Assembly (NCBI GenBank): GCA_964035545.1
Contig: OZ037771.1
Span: forward strand, 10,358,480 to 10,422,479
Source of the DNA: Bugula neritina
Taxonomy: Eukaryota > Animalia > Bryozoa
DNA length: 64,000 nt
Direction: 5' to 3'
The notes below the pieces were generated by a model that saw only the letters and a list, made by a program, of their open reading frames with translations, was not told the DNA's origin and did no database searches. The position numbers and the translations under genes are program-made. Positions 1-13,300 of the stretch are shown piece by piece; position 1 is the stretch's first letter, and each line of letters starts with the position of its first letter.

Positions 1-37
1 AGCACCCAACAGTGCTAATAGTTGAACTACTGTGCTC

Positions 38-234
38 TGTTTTATTCTTTAGATGTCTATTTATCTAGCAATTATTAGTGGATTAGTTTTAATCTTCAGT
101 TTATTTTAATCAAGCACTGCAGTTTGTCAAACAGGAAGTGACTATCTTTTTCAAAAACAGAATAATAATTGATCAGCTAAAACATCAAGAAAAGGTAACT
201 CCAAGTTTACATAAACTGTGTAAATATTACAACA
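38..234 (-). repeat. 3' LTR of Gypsy-1 (197 bp)
   Basis: Direct repeat of 4192-4388, TG...CA ends, adjacent to PPT. Confidence 0.96.
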
Positions 235-344
235 TCCCCTCTTTAGTTTCAGGCTACAATAACCAAAAAAAAACACACAAAAGAAAAGGTTTGACAACAG
301 TAATTAAATCAAGTGCAACTTATATTACAGGCGTGGATAATAAA

Positions 345-3300
345 TTATGTACAATCAAAATCTGTTAAGTAGCGTGGCACTTTTCTGGTTCGCTCAGAAC
401 ATCGTGTTGGGATATTAGTTATATCAGCTCTGTTACGTATTAAAGGTCCAGTGTCAGTCATGACATTTGTTCGACGAGTAATATTGTCTGAAGAAGAGGC
501 AGCATAGCCTTCTCTTTGCATATCTCTCACCATCACATTGTCTCCTTTATTTACTGGCAAAAGAGGGCGCACTTTAGGATTTTTGTCATGATTTTCTTTC
601 ATTTTCTCTTTATACTGATCATTGCTCCTTTTGAATAAGTCGTGGTCAGGGAGTTCAGGTTTAAGCTTATCCGGATAGATGGGTACAGTGGATTTCAATT
701 TTCTACCCATTAACAATTCTGCTGGAGAGTATGAGCTAAACTGCGGTGAGGATCTATAGGCTAACAAAACCAAATAAGGATCTTTCTCTTTTGCAAGCAT
801 GCTTTTGATGGTCCTTACTCCTCGCTCAGCTGCTCCATTTGCTCTGTGATAATGTGGACTGCTAGTCACATGGGTAAATCCATACTCGACAGAAAAGTGT
901 TTAAATTCTGCACTTGCATATTGCGGGCCGTTATCTGACAATAGTATTTCAGGTATGCCATGTCGTGAAAAAATAGATTTTAGGTGTGTTATTACTTTAC
1001 TTGAAGAAAAGTCAGAGTTTCCCAGCAAGGCAAGTTCAGGATACCTTGAATAATTATCAATAACCAGAAGATATACTTGGCCTTTATAAGTCAACAAATC
1101 AGTGCTAAGGTGTTGCCAAGGTCTATCTGGAGTTGCAGAAGGACGTAATGGCTCTGTAATTTTAGCTGCATGGATTTTGCATTCAGCACAATTGCTGATC
1201 ATAGCCTCAATAGCCTTTGACATAGAAGGCCACCACACGCTATCTCTAGCCCGTGCTTGACATTTTGTAATGCCCAAGTGTCCTCTGTGTAAATCTTGCA
1301 ACACCTGTTCTCTTTGAGCTAACGGTATTACCAAACGATTGCCAAGTGTCAAGAATCCTTTGTTTATTGTTAAAAGAGATCTTCTTTCAAAATAGGGCTT
1401 CAGAAGGACATCTTCAGTGGACAAATACCCTGGCCATCCATTTTCTACTAATTTGATTACTTTTGACAGTATTTCATCTTCATGCTGTTCTAAACGAAGC
1501 TGCTCCAACCTGCTATCAGATCCATGTTGGTAGATGTTATCAATATAAAGTTCAATTTCCATTTCTCTTGCTGCATCAATCTCGTTCGCTTCAGCAGTAT
1601 TATACCTGGAGAGAGCATCAGCTGCAACATTCTTAGACCCCCTCACATGTCTGATGGTATACTGAAATCTTTGAAGTCTAAGTTTAAACCCTTGAATTCT
1701 TGGTGGAAGCCTGTCTAGAAAGATATTCCCAAACAAAGTAACTAGTGGACGGTGATCAGTTTCAATAACCACATTCTTCATACCTAGTATATATGGAGAA
1801 AACTTTTCCATAGCCCAACAGACTGCTAAACTTTCTTTTTCTATGGCTGCATAACGCTTTTCGGTCTCTGTTAAAGAACGACTTGCAGCAGATATCAAGC
1901 GCCGAGAGCCATCCTGTTGAATTTGACAGAGTGTTGCTCCTAGACCTGCATTGCTAGCATCTGTTGTGATTATGGTGTCTTTGTCTACATCATAGACTGC
2001 TAGAACTGGTGCATTTTGAAATATTTCTTTTATCCTCTTGAAGGAGTTTTCTTGTTTGCTGGACCAGTGCCATGGAACATCTTTCTTCAACAGCGTTCTA
2101 ATTGGTTCACTCACAGCAGCTAATTCCTCGGAAAACTTAGCATACTGGTTGGCCATTCCGAGAAAACTTCGTACTGAAGTTACATTTTTCGGAGTAGGAA
2201 AATCTACTATTCCTTGAACTCGAGGGCCAACATGTATACCAGACTGATCTATGACATAACCAAGAAAATTAACAGATGGTACTCCAAATTTACATTTGTC
2301 TTTGTTGAGCGTAATGCCTGAAGCTTTAAGTTTTTCCAACACTATTTGCAATCTTGTGTCATGTTGCTCCTTGCTCTCACCAAAAACCAGTATGTCATCC
2401 ATATGTATAACCACACCATCAACATCCTTCAAAATATTGTTCATTTCAGCAACAAAAATCTCTGGAGCACTGCATAGGCCTTGAGGCAGTCGCAAATAGC
2501 GATATCGTCCAGAATGAGTCAGAAATGTTGTTAGTTTGCTAGATTCTTTGCTTAAAGGAATTTGCCAAAATCCACTGTTTGCATCAATCTTGGAAAAAAT
2601 TTGTCCTTGTCCTAATTGAGCTAAGCTGCTATCTACTGTTGCCATGGGATGGAACTCTCTCAAAATATGCTTGTTTAACTCGGTATAATCTGTGCAAATT
2701 CTCACCTTGTTTTGGCCAGGTTTAGGAACTACTACCATAGGTGCCACCCATGGAGTAGGTTCATCAACTTTAACAATTACTCCATCCTCAATCATTTTCA
2801 TCAATGCTTCATCTGCTAACTTTCTTCTAGGAAAAGGTATGGGTCTGGGAACATGGATAGCAAATGGTTTAGCATCTCCTTTCAACGTAATGACATGCTC
2901 TGTATTTACTTTCCCCAATCCTTGGAACAGCTTCTCATCAACACACACATTCTCTATTTGGCATTGAGATGAATCCACAGAGATGAGGTTTAATTTCTCA
3001 CATGCACTACGGCTAAGCAATGGTGTGGTTTGATCTTGAATAACATAAAGGTCTTCATTTATGCGCTCATTCTTTGATGTTATCTGGCACTTTATTGTTC
3101 CTAAACATGTCAAAAGTGTCTGCCCTGGGCCGTACAATTTTTTGCTAGTTGAGATTAGCTCCCCTGAGACATGATGTGGACCACATACACTAAGAGACGC
3201 ACCAGTATCTAATTTAAATTTGATCCTTTGTCCTTTGTGTTTGTTGGTGCTTACTCTGAGATTGGTGTACCAGGATTGAGAATCTATGGAGTTAATCTGA

Positions 3301-3938
3301 TGTGTCTCTCCTAAATAAAAATCTGTGTCACCCTTTTCTGGCTGTACTTCATTGACTTTATTCAAATTCCTACACACTCTGGCCCAGTAGTTGAATTGAT
3401 TGCATTTCGCACATTTAGTTCCATAAGCTGGACATCTCTGACTTTCGTAATGGCTTTTCCCACATTGCTCACATCGGTTTTTAGAATGTTTATCATAAGT
3501 AACCCCAGAAGGAATTCTGGACTTCCTATTATCAACATTTTGTACTGCATTGACTTCTTCGGGTTTGGGGTCTGGTACCGTTATCGCTTTAGGCCTTGTA
3601 GATTTCTCAGCTACTCTCAGTGACTTAATCACAAAGTCTAAACTTAGTTTTTCATCAACCTCTTTCATTAATTTTTCTCTTTCATTAGAATCATCAATTC
3701 CAAAAAGCAGTTTATCTCTTATCAATGAATCTCTTTGATTACCAAATTCACAGCCTTCCACCAGCCTTCGCAATTTCATTAAGTATACATCTATTGTATC
3801 TCCACTTTGGCTACTGTTGTGAAATTGAAATCTATTCAGCACAATACTAGTGCGAGGATTACAGTACTCATGAAAACGCTTAATTACATCTTCTAGCTTT
3901 CTCCCAGCAACCCCTACCTCAATTAGTAATTTCTCCAC
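345..3938 (-). CDS. Gag-Pol polyprotein of Gypsy-1 (gag C-terminal part, protease, RT, RNase H, integrase)
   Basis: 1197-aa ORF: two Zn-knuckle-like motifs (CEQCGKSHYESQRC; CAKCNQFNYWARVC with Y where H is expected), protease LDTGA, RT IDANSGFWQI/LPQG/HMDD, RNase H TDAS..IEKE..TDH, integrase HRGH..CAEC, SDNGPQY, AERGVRT, C-terminal RTRKVPRYLTDF. Confidence 0.95.
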   Translation of the reverse strand: MEKLLIEVGVAGRKLEDVIKRFHEYCNPRTSIVLNRFQFHNSSQSGDTIDVYLMKLRRLVEGCEFGNQRDSLIRDKLLFGIDDSNEREKLMKEVDEKLSLDFVIKSLRVAEKSTRPKAITVPDPKPEEVNAVQNVDNRKSRIPSGVTYDKHSKNRCEQCGKSHYESQRCPAYGTKCAKCNQFNYWARVCRNLNKVNEVQPEKGDTDFYLGETHQINSIDSQSWYTNLRVSTNKHKGQRIKFKLDTGASLSVCGPHHVSGELISTSKKLYGPGQTLLTCLGTIKCQITSKNERINEDLYVIQDQTTPLLSRSACEKLNLISVDSSQCQIENVCVDEKLFQGLGKVNTEHVITLKGDAKPFAIHVPRPIPFPRRKLADEALMKMIEDGVIVKVDEPTPWVAPMVVVPKPGQNKVRICTDYTELNKHILREFHPMATVDSSLAQLGQGQIFSKIDANSGFWQIPLSKESSKLTTFLTHSGRYRYLRLPQGLCSAPEIFVAEMNNILKDVDGVVIHMDDILVFGESKEQHDTRLQIVLEKLKASGITLNKDKCKFGVPSVNFLGYVIDQSGIHVGPRVQGIVDFPTPKNVTSVRSFLGMANQYAKFSEELAAVSEPIRTLLKKDVPWHWSSKQENSFKRIKEIFQNAPVLAVYDVDKDTIITTDASNAGLGATLCQIQQDGSRRLISAASRSLTETEKRYAAIEKESLAVCWAMEKFSPYILGMKNVVIETDHRPLVTLFGNIFLDRLPPRIQGFKLRLQRFQYTIRHVRGSKNVAADALSRYNTAEANEIDAAREMEIELYIDNIYQHGSDSRLEQLRLEQHEDEILSKVIKLVENGWPGYLSTEDVLLKPYFERRSLLTINKGFLTLGNRLVIPLAQREQVLQDLHRGHLGITKCQARARDSVWWPSMSKAIEAMISNCAECKIHAAKITEPLRPSATPDRPWQHLSTDLLTYKGQVYLLVIDNYSRYPELALLGNSDFSSSKVITHLKSIFSRHGIPEILLSDNGPQYASAEFKHFSVEYGFTHVTSSPHYHRANGAAERGVRTIKSMLAKEKDPYLVLLAYRSSPQFSSYSPAELLMGRKLKSTVPIYPDKLKPELPDHDLFKRSNDQYKEKMKENHDKNPKVRPLLPVNKGDNVMVRDMQREGYAASSSDNITRRTNVMTDTGPLIRNRADITNIPTRCSERTRKVPRYLTDFDCT

Positions 3939-4158
3939 TAACCTCTAGATTAAATTCCATTTGAGAATAAATTTCACGTACATCTTCACCACCACAATGT
4001 CTGAATGAGGCTAATTTCCTTTTTTCTGCGGCTCTTGAGTTAGCAGTTAGGTCTATTGCTAGCAAATAATCCTCAAATGACCTAATCCAACGCCGCCATT
4101 CTCCTGACAAATCTTCTGCCCTTAAATTCAATTGTCCAGGTGGTGAAATGCCTTCCAT
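3919..4158 (-). pseudogene. N-terminus of Gypsy-1 gag, separated from the rest by a frameshift
   Basis: MEGISPPGQL...EWRRWIRSFEDYL...GGEDVREIY is a typical gag N-terminus starting just after the PBS; it overlaps the large ORF in a different frame, and that frame has a TAG just upstream (near 3945). Confidence 0.85.
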
Positions 4159-4191
4159 CTTTTAAACTAACCATTAATTACGCTGCCACCA

Positions 4192-4388
4192 TGTTTTATT
4201 CTTTAGATGTCTATTTATCTAGCAATTATTAGTGGATTAGTTTTAATCTTCAGTTTATTTTAATCAAGCACTGCAGTTTGTCAAACAGGAAGTGACTATC
4301 TTTTTCAAAAACAGAATAATAATTGATCAGCTAAAACATCAAGAAAAGGTAACTCCAAGTTTACATAAACTGTGTAAATATTACAACA
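4192..4388 (-). repeat. 5' LTR of Gypsy-1 (197 bp)
   Basis: Direct repeat of 38-234, immediately followed on the minus strand by the TGG PBS. Confidence 0.96.
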
Positions 4389-4393
4389 TGCTC

Positions 4394-7300
4394 AACGGTG
4401 CCCAAATGTGCTAAAACATCTCTATATAAGCTAAAACATGCCCAAATGTGCTATATCGATTCAGATATGCTAATAGTACCAATAAGTGCCCAGAAGTACT
4501 GAAACGCACCCAATAGTGTTCATAGTAGAACTTGTGTGCTTAACAGTGCCCAATTGTCCTAAAACATGCCCAAATGTCTTAAAACATGCCCTAATGTGCT
4601 AATTTGAGCCAAACATGCTATCAGTACTTATAAGTGCATAAAAGTACTGAAACGCACCCAATAGTGCTACAAACAGAACAAATGTGCTTAACAGTGCCCA
4701 AATGTGCTAAAACAAACCAAAATGTGCTAAAGTATGCCAAAATGTGCTAATTTGAGCCAATTATGTTAATAGTACCAATTAGTGCCCAGAAATACTGAAA
4801 CACACCCAATAGTGCTTATAGTACAACGTCTGTGCTTAACAATGCCCAAATGTCCTAGAACATGCCCAAATGTGCTAACTTGAGCCAAATATATCAACAG
4901 TACCAATAAGTGCCCAAAAGTACTGAAAAGCACCAAATGGTGCTACAAACAGAACAAATGTGCTTAACAGTGCCCAAATGTGCTAAAACAAGCCAAAATC
5001 TGCTAAAGTATGCCAAAATGGGCTAAATCGAGCCAAATATGGTAATAGTACCAATAAGTGCCCAGAAGTACTGAAACGCACCAAATGGTGCTACAAACAG
5101 AACAAATGTGCTTAACAGTGCCCAAATGCACTAAAACAAGCCAAAATGTGCTAAAATGTGCCCAAATATGCTATACTGAGCAAAACATATTGATAGTACC
5201 AATAAGTACCAAGAAGTACTGAAACGCACCCAATAGTGCTTATAGTAGAACTTCTGTGCTTAACAGTGCCCAAATGTCCGAAAACATGCCCAAATGTCCT
5301 AAAACATGCCCAAATGTGCTAACTTGAGCCAAATATATCAACAGTACCAATAAGTGCCCAAAAGTACTGAAAAGCACCAAATGGTGCTACAAACAGAACA
5401 AATGTGCTTAACAGTGCCCAAATGTGCTAAAACATGCCAAAATGTCCTAAAACATGCCCAAATGTGCTAATTTGAGCCAAATATGTCAACAGTACCAATA
5501 AATGCCCAAAAGTACTGAAAAGCACCCAATAATGCTACAAACAGAACAAATGTGCTTAAGAGTGCCCAAATGTGCTAAAACATGTCAAAATTTGCTGAAA
5601 CCTGCCCAAATGTGCTAATTTGAGCCAAACATGCTATCAGTACTTATAAGTGCATAAAAGTACTGAAACGCACCCAATAGTGCTACAAACAGAACAAAGG
5701 TGATTTACAGTGCCCAAATGTGCTAAAACATGCCCAAATGTGCTAAAACATGCCAAAATGTCCTAAAACATGCCCAAATGTGCTAAATTGAGCAAAATAT
5801 GCTAATAGTACCAAAAAGTGCCAAGAAGTACAGAAAAGCACCCAATGATGCTACAAACAGAACAAATGTGCTTAAGAGTGCCCAAATGTGCTAATACATG
5901 TCAAAGTTTGCTGAAACCTGCCCAAATGTGCTAATTTGAGCCAAATATGCTAACAGTACCAATAAGTGCCCAGAAGTACTGAAAAGCACCCAACAGTGCT
6001 AATAGTATAACTACTGTGTTCAACGGTGCCCAAATGTGCTAAAACATGTCAATATAAGCTAAAACATGCCCAAATGTGCTAAACCGATTCAGATATGCTA
6101 ATAGTACCAATAAGTGCCCAGAAGTACTGAAACGCACCCAATAGTGCTCATAGTAAAGCTTGTGTGCTTAACAGTGCCCAATTGTCCTAAAACATGCCCA
6201 AATGTCCTAAAACATGCCCTAAGGTGCTAATTTGAGCCAATTATGCTAGCAGTACAAATGAGTGCATAAAAATATTAAAAAGCACCCAATAGTGCTACAA
6301 ACAGACCAAATGTGCTTAACATTGCCCAAATGTGCTAAAACATGCCAAAATGTCCTAAAACGTGCCCAAATGTGCTAATTTGAGCCAAATATGTCAACAG
6401 TACCAATAAATGCCCAAAAGTACTGAAAAGCACCCAATAGTGCTACAAGCAGAACAAATATGCTTAACAGTGCCTAAATGCGCTAAAACATGCCAAAATG
6501 TGCTAAAACATGCCCAAATGTGCGAAATTGAGCTGAATAGGCTAACAGTACCAATAAGTGCCCAGAAGTACTGAAAGACACCCAAAAGCGCTAATAAAAG
6601 AACGACTGTGCTCAACAGTGCCCAAATAAGCTAAAACATGCCCAAATGTGCTAAATCGAGCCAAATATGCTAACAGTACAAATAATTGCCCAGAAGTACC
6701 TAAAAGCACCCAATAGTGCTACAAACAGAACAAATGTGCCTAACAGTTCCCATATCTGCTAAAACATGCCGAAATGTGCTAAAACATCCCCAAATGTGCT
6801 AAATCGAGCCAAATATGCTAATTGTACCAATAAGCGCATAAAGGTACTGAAAAGCACCCAATAGTGCTACAAACAGAACAAATATGCTTAACAGTGCCTA
6901 AATACGCTAAAACATGCCAAAATGTGCTAAAACATGCCCAAATGTGCTAAATTGAGCCAAATATGCTAACAGTACCAATAAGTGCCCAAAAATACTAAAA
7001 AGCACGCAATAGCGCTACAAACAGAACAAATGTGCTTAACAGTGCCCAAATGTCCTAAAACATGACCAAGTGTCTTAAAACATGCCCAAATGTGCTAATT
7101 TGAGCCAATTATGCTAATACTACCAATTACTGCCCAGAAGTACCGAAACGCACCCAATAGTGCTAATAAAAGAACGACTGTGCTCAACAGTGCCCAAATA
7201 AGCTAAAACATGCCAAATGTGCTAAATTGAGCCAAATATGCTAACAGTACCAATAAGTGCCCAGAAGTACTGAAAAGCACTCAATAGTGCTACAAACAGA

Positions 7301-10300
7301 ACAAATGTGCTTAAGAGTGCCCAAATGTGCTCAAACATGCCAAAATTTGCTGAAACCTGCCCAAATGTGCTAATTTGAGCCAAATATGCTAACAGTACCA
7401 ATAAGTGCTCAGAAGTACTGAAAAGCACCCAACAGTGCTAATAGTAGAACTACTGTGCTCAACGGTGCCCAAATAAGCTAAAACATGCCCAAATGTGCTA
7501 AATCGAGCCAAATATGCTAACAGTACAAATAATTGCCCAGAAGTACTGAAAAGCACCCAATAGTGCTACAAACAGAACAAATGTGCCTAACAGTTCCCAT
7601 ATCTGCTAAAACATGCCGAAATGTGCTAAAACATGCACAAATGTGCTAAATCGAGCCAAATATGCTAATAGTACCAATAAGTGCCCAGAAGTACTGAAAC
7701 GCCCCCAATAGTGCTACAAACAAAACAAATATGCTTAACAGTGCCTAAATGCGCTAAAACATGCCAAAATGCGCTAAAACATGCCCAAATGTGCGAAATT
7801 GAGCCAAATATGCTATCAGTACCAATAAGTGCCCAGAAGTACTGAAAAGCACTCAATAGTGCTACAAACAGAACAAATGTGCTTAAGAGTGCCCAAATGT
7901 GCTCAAACATGCCAAAATTTGCTGAAACCTGCCCAAATGTGCTAATTTGAGCCAAATATGCTAACAGTACCAATAAGTGCTCAGAAGTACTGAAAAGCAC
8001 CCAACAGTGCTAATAGTAGAACTACTGTGCTCAACGGTGCCCAAATGTGCTAAAACATGCCAAAATAAGCTAAAACATGCCCAAATGTGCTAAATCGATT
8101 CAAATATGCTAATAGTACCAATAAGTGCCTGGAAATACTGAAACGCACCCAATAGTGCTTTTGTACAACTTCTGTGCTTAACAGTGCCCAAATGTCTTAA
8201 AACATGCCCAAGTGTCTTAAAACATGCCCAAATGTGCTAATTTGAGCCAATTATGCTAATAGTACCAATTAGTGCCTAAAAGTACTGAAAAGCACCCAAT
8301 AGTGCTACAAACAGAACAAATGTGCTTAACAGTGCCCAAAGGTGCTAAAACAAGCTAAAATGTGCTAAAACATGCTCAAATGTGCTAAATTGAGCCAAAT
8401 ATGCTAACAGGATCAATAAGTGCCCAGAAGTACTGAAAAGCACCCAATAGCGCTACAAACAGAACAAGTGTGTTTAACAGTTCCCATACGTGCTAAAACA
8501 TGCCAAAATGTGCTAAAACATGCCCAAATGTGCTAAATCGAGCCAAATATGCTAATAGTACCAATAAGCGCATAAAAGTTCTGAAAAGCACCCAATAGTG
8601 CTACAAACAGAACAAATATGCTTAACAGTGCCTAAATGCGCTAAAACATGCCAAAATGTGCTAAAACATGCTCAAATGTGCGAAATTGAGCCAAATATGC
8701 TAACAGTACCAATAAGTGCCCAGAAGTACTGAGAGACACCCAATAGTGCTAATAAAAGAACGACTGTGCTCAACAGTGCCCAAATAAGCTAAAACATGCC
8801 CAAATGTGCTAAAACATGCACAAATGTGCTAAATCGAGCCAAATATGCTAATAGTACCAATAAGTGCCCAGAAGTACTGAAACGCCCCCAATAATGCTAC
8901 AAACAAAACAAATGTGCTTAAGAGTGCCCAAATGTGCTCAAACATGCCAAAATTTGCTGAAACTTGCCCAAATGTGCTAATTTGAGCCAAATATGCTAAC
9001 AGTACCAATAAGTGCTCAGAAGTACTGAAAAGCACCCAACAGTGCTAATAGTAGAACTACTGTGCTCAACGGTGCCCAAATGTGCTAAAACATGCCAAAA
9101 TAAGCTAAAACATGCCCAAATGTGCTATATCGATTCAAATATGCTAATAGTACCAATAAGTGCCTGGAAATACTGAAACGCACCCAATAGTGCTTTTGTA
9201 CAACTTCTGTGCTTAACAGTGCCCAAATGTCTTAAAACATGCCCAAGTGTCTTAAAACATGCCCAAATGTGCTAATTTGAGCCAATTATGCTAATAGTAC
9301 CAATTAGTGCCCAGAAGTACTGAAACGCACCCAATAGTGCTAATAAAAGAACGACTGTGCTCAACAGTGCCCAAATAAGCTAAAACATGCCAAATGTGCT
9401 AAATTGAGCCAAATATGCTAATAGTACCAATAAGCGCATAAAAGTGCTGAAACGCACCCAATAGTGCTTATAGTAGAACAAATGTGCTTAACAGTGCCCA
9501 AATGTGCTAAAACAAGCTAAATTGTGCTAAAACATGCCCAAATGTGCTAAATTGAGCCAAATATGCAATCAGTACCTATAAGTGCATAAAAGTACTGAAA
9601 CGCACCCAATAATGCTACAAACCGAACAAATGTGCTTAAGAGTGCCCAAATGTGCTAATACATGTCAAAGTTTGCTGAAACCTGCCCAAATGTGCTAATT
9701 TGAGCCAAATATGCTAACAGTACCAATAAGTGCCCAGAAGTACTGAAAAGCACCCAATAGTGCTCATAGTAAAACTTGTGTGCTTAACAGTGCCCAATTG
9801 TCCTAAAACATGCCCAAATGTCCTAAAACATGCCCTAAGGTGCTAATTTGAGCCAATTATGCTAGCAGTACAAATGAGTGCATAAAAATACTAAAAAGCA
9901 CCAAATAGTGCTACAAACAGACCAAATGTGCTTAACATTGCCCAAATGTGCTAAAACATGCCAAAATGTCCTAAAACGTGCCCAAATGTGCTAATTTGAG
10001 CCAAATATGTCAACAGTACCAATAAATGCCCAAAAGTACTGAAAAGCACCCAATAGTGCTACAAACAGAACAAATGTGCTTAACAGTGCCCAAAGGTGCT
10101 AAAACAAGCTAAAATGTGCTAAAACATGCTCAAATGTGCTAAATTGAGCCAAATATGCTAACAGTATCAATAAGTGCCCAGAAGTACTGAAAAGCACCCA
10201 ATAGCGCTACAAACAGAACAAGTGTGTTTAACAGTTCCCATACGTGCTAAAACATGCCAAAATGTGCTAAAACATGCCCAAATGTGCTAAATCGAGCCAA

Positions 10301-13300
10301 ATATGCTAATAGTACCAATAAGCGCATAAAAGTACTGAAAAGCACCCAATAGTGCTACAAACAGAACAAATATGCTTAACAGTGCCTAAATGCGCTAAAA
10401 CATGCCAAAATGTGCTAAAACATGCCCAAATGTGCGAAATTGAGCCAAATATGCTAACAGTACCAATAAGTGCCCAGAAGTACTGAAAGACACCCAATAG
10501 TGCTAATAAAAGAACGACTGTGCTCAACAGTGCCTAAATAAGCTAAAACATGCCCAAATGTGCTAATTTGAGCCAAATATGTCAACAGTACCAATAAATG
10601 CCCAAAAGTACTGAAAAGCACCCAATAGTGCTACAAACAGAACAGATGTGCTTAACAGTGCCCAAAGGTGCTAAAACAAGCTAAAATGTGCTAAAACATG
10701 CTCAAATGTGCTAAATTGAGCCAAATATGCTAGCAGTATGAATAAGTGCCCAGAAGTACTGAAAAGCACCCAATAGCGCTACAAACAGAACAAGTGTGTT
10801 TAACAGTTCCCATACGTGCTAAAACATGCCAAAATGTGCTAAAACATGCCCAAATGTGCTAAATCAAGCCAAATATGCTAATAGTACCAAAAAGTGCCCA
10901 GATGTACTGAAACGCACCCAATAGTGCTAATAGTAGAACTACTGTGCTATACAGTGCCCAAATGTGCTAAAACATGCCAAAATGTGCTAAAACATGCCCA
11001 AATGTGCTAAATCGAGCCAAATATGCTAATAGTACCAATAAGCGCATAAAAGTTCTGAAAAGCACCCAATAGTGCTACAAACAGAACAAATATGCTTAAC
11101 AGTGCCTAAATGCGCTAAAACATGCCAAAATTTGCTGAAACCTGCCCAAATGTGCTAATTTGAGCCAAATATGCTAACAGTACCAATAAGTGCTCAGAAG
11201 TACTGAAAAGCACCCAACAGTGCTAATAGTAGAACTACTGTGCTCAACGGTGCCCAAATGTGCTAAAACATGCCAAAATAAGCTAAAACATGCCCAAATG
11301 TGCTATATCGATTCAAATATGCTAATAGTACCAATAAGTGCCTGGAAATACTGAAACGCACCCAATAGTGCTTTTGTACAACTTCTGTGCTTAACAGTGC
11401 CCAAATGTCTTAAAACATGCCCAAGTGTCTTAAAACATGCCCAAATGTGCTAATTTGAGCCAATTATGCTAATAGTACCAATTAGTGCCCAGAAGTACTG
11501 AAACGCACCCAATAGTGCTAATAAAAGAACGACTGTGCTCAACAGTGCCCAAATAAGCTAAAACATGCCAAATGTGCTAAATTGAGCCAAATATGCTAAT
11601 AGTACCAATAAGCGCATAAAAGTGCTGAAACGCACCCAATAGTGCTTATAGTAGAACAAATGTGCTTAACAGTGCCCAAATGTGCTAAAACAAGCTAAAT
11701 TGTGCTAAAACATGCCCAAATGTGCTAAATTGAGCCAAATATGCAATCAGTACCTATAAGTGCATAAAAGTACTGAAACGCACCCAATAATGCTACAAAC
11801 AGAACAAATGTGCTTAAGAGTGCCCAAATGTGCTAATACATGTCAAAGTTTGCTGAAACCTGCCCAAATGTGCTAATTTGAGCCAAATATGCTAACAGTA
11901 CCAATAAGTGCCCAGAAGTACTGAAAAGCACCCAATAGTGCTCATAGTAAAACTTGTGTGCTTAACAGTGCCCAATTGTCCTAAAACATGCCCAAATGTC
12001 CTAAAACATGCCCTAAGGTGCTAATTTGAGCCAATTATGCTAGCAGTACAAATGAGTGCATAAAAATACTAAAAAGCACCAAATAGTGCTACAAACAGAC
12101 CAAATGTGCTTAACATTGCCCAAATGTGCTAAAACATGCCAAAATGTCCTAAAACGTGCCCAAATGTGCTAATTTGAGCCAAATATGTCAACAGTACCAA
12201 TAAATGCCCAAAAGTCCTGAAAAGCACCCAATAGTGCTACAAACAGAACAAATGTGCTTAACAGTGCCCAAAGGTGCTAAAACATGCTAAAATGTGCTAA
12301 AACATGCTCAAATGTGCTAAATTGAGCCAAATATGCTAACAGTATCAATAAGTGCCCAGAAGTACTGAAAAGCACCCAATAGCGCTACAAACAGAACAAG
12401 TGTGTTTAACAGTTCCCATACGTGCTAAAACATGCCAAAATGTGCTTAAACATGCCCAAATGTGCTAAATCGAGCCAAATATGCTAATAGTACCAATAAG
12501 CGCATAAAAGTACTGAAAAGCACCCAATAGTGCTACAAACAGAACAAATATGCTTAACAGTGCCTAAATGCGCTAAAACATGCCAAAATGTGCTAAAACA
12601 TGCCCAAATGTGCGAAATTAAGCCAAATATGCTAACAGTACCAATAAGTGCCCAGAAGTACTGAAAGACACCCAATAGTGCTAATAAAAGAACGACTGTG
12701 CTCAACAGTGCCCAAATAAGCTAAAACATGCCCAAATGTGCTAAATCGAGCCAAATATGCTAACAGTACAAATAATTGCCCAGAAGTACTGAAAAGCACC
12801 CAATAGTGCTACAAACAGAACAAATGTGCCTAACAGTTCCCATATCTGCTAAAACATGCCGAAATGTGCTAAAACATGCACAAATGTGCTAAATCGAGCC
12901 AAATATGCTAATAGTACCAATAAGTGCCCAGAAGTACTGAAACGCCCCCAATAGTGCTACAAACAAAACAAATATGCTTAACAGTGCCTAAATGCGCTAA
13001 AACATGCCAAAATGCGCTAAAACATGCCCAAATGTGCGAAATTGAGCCAAATATGCTATCAGTACCTATAAGTGCATAAAAGTACTGAAACGCACCCAAT
13101 AGTGCTACAAACAGAACAAATGTGCTATACAGTGCCCAAATGTGCTAAAACATGCCAAAATGTGCTAAAACATGCCCAAATGTGCTAAATCAAGCCAAAT
13201 ATGCTAACAGCACCAATAAGTGTCCAGAAGTACTGAAAGACACCCAATAGTGCTAATAAAAGAACGACTGTGCTCAACAGTGCCCAAATAAGCTAAAACA

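Larger units (their letters stand above)
38..4388 (-). mobile_element. Full-length Ty3/Gypsy LTR retrotransposon (Mag/SURL-like organisation), Gypsy-1, inserted into the 148-bp satellite
   Basis: 197-bp direct repeats 38-234 and 4192-4388 (TGTT...AACA) that appear identical; 5-bp TSD TGCTC at 33-37 and 4389-4393; PBS TGGTGGCAGCG (4181-4191, minus); PPT AAAGAGGGGA (235-244, minus); gag-PR-RT-RNaseH-IN coding region; removing the element restores the satellite motif GAACTACTGTGCTCAACGGTGCCC. Confidence 0.97.
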
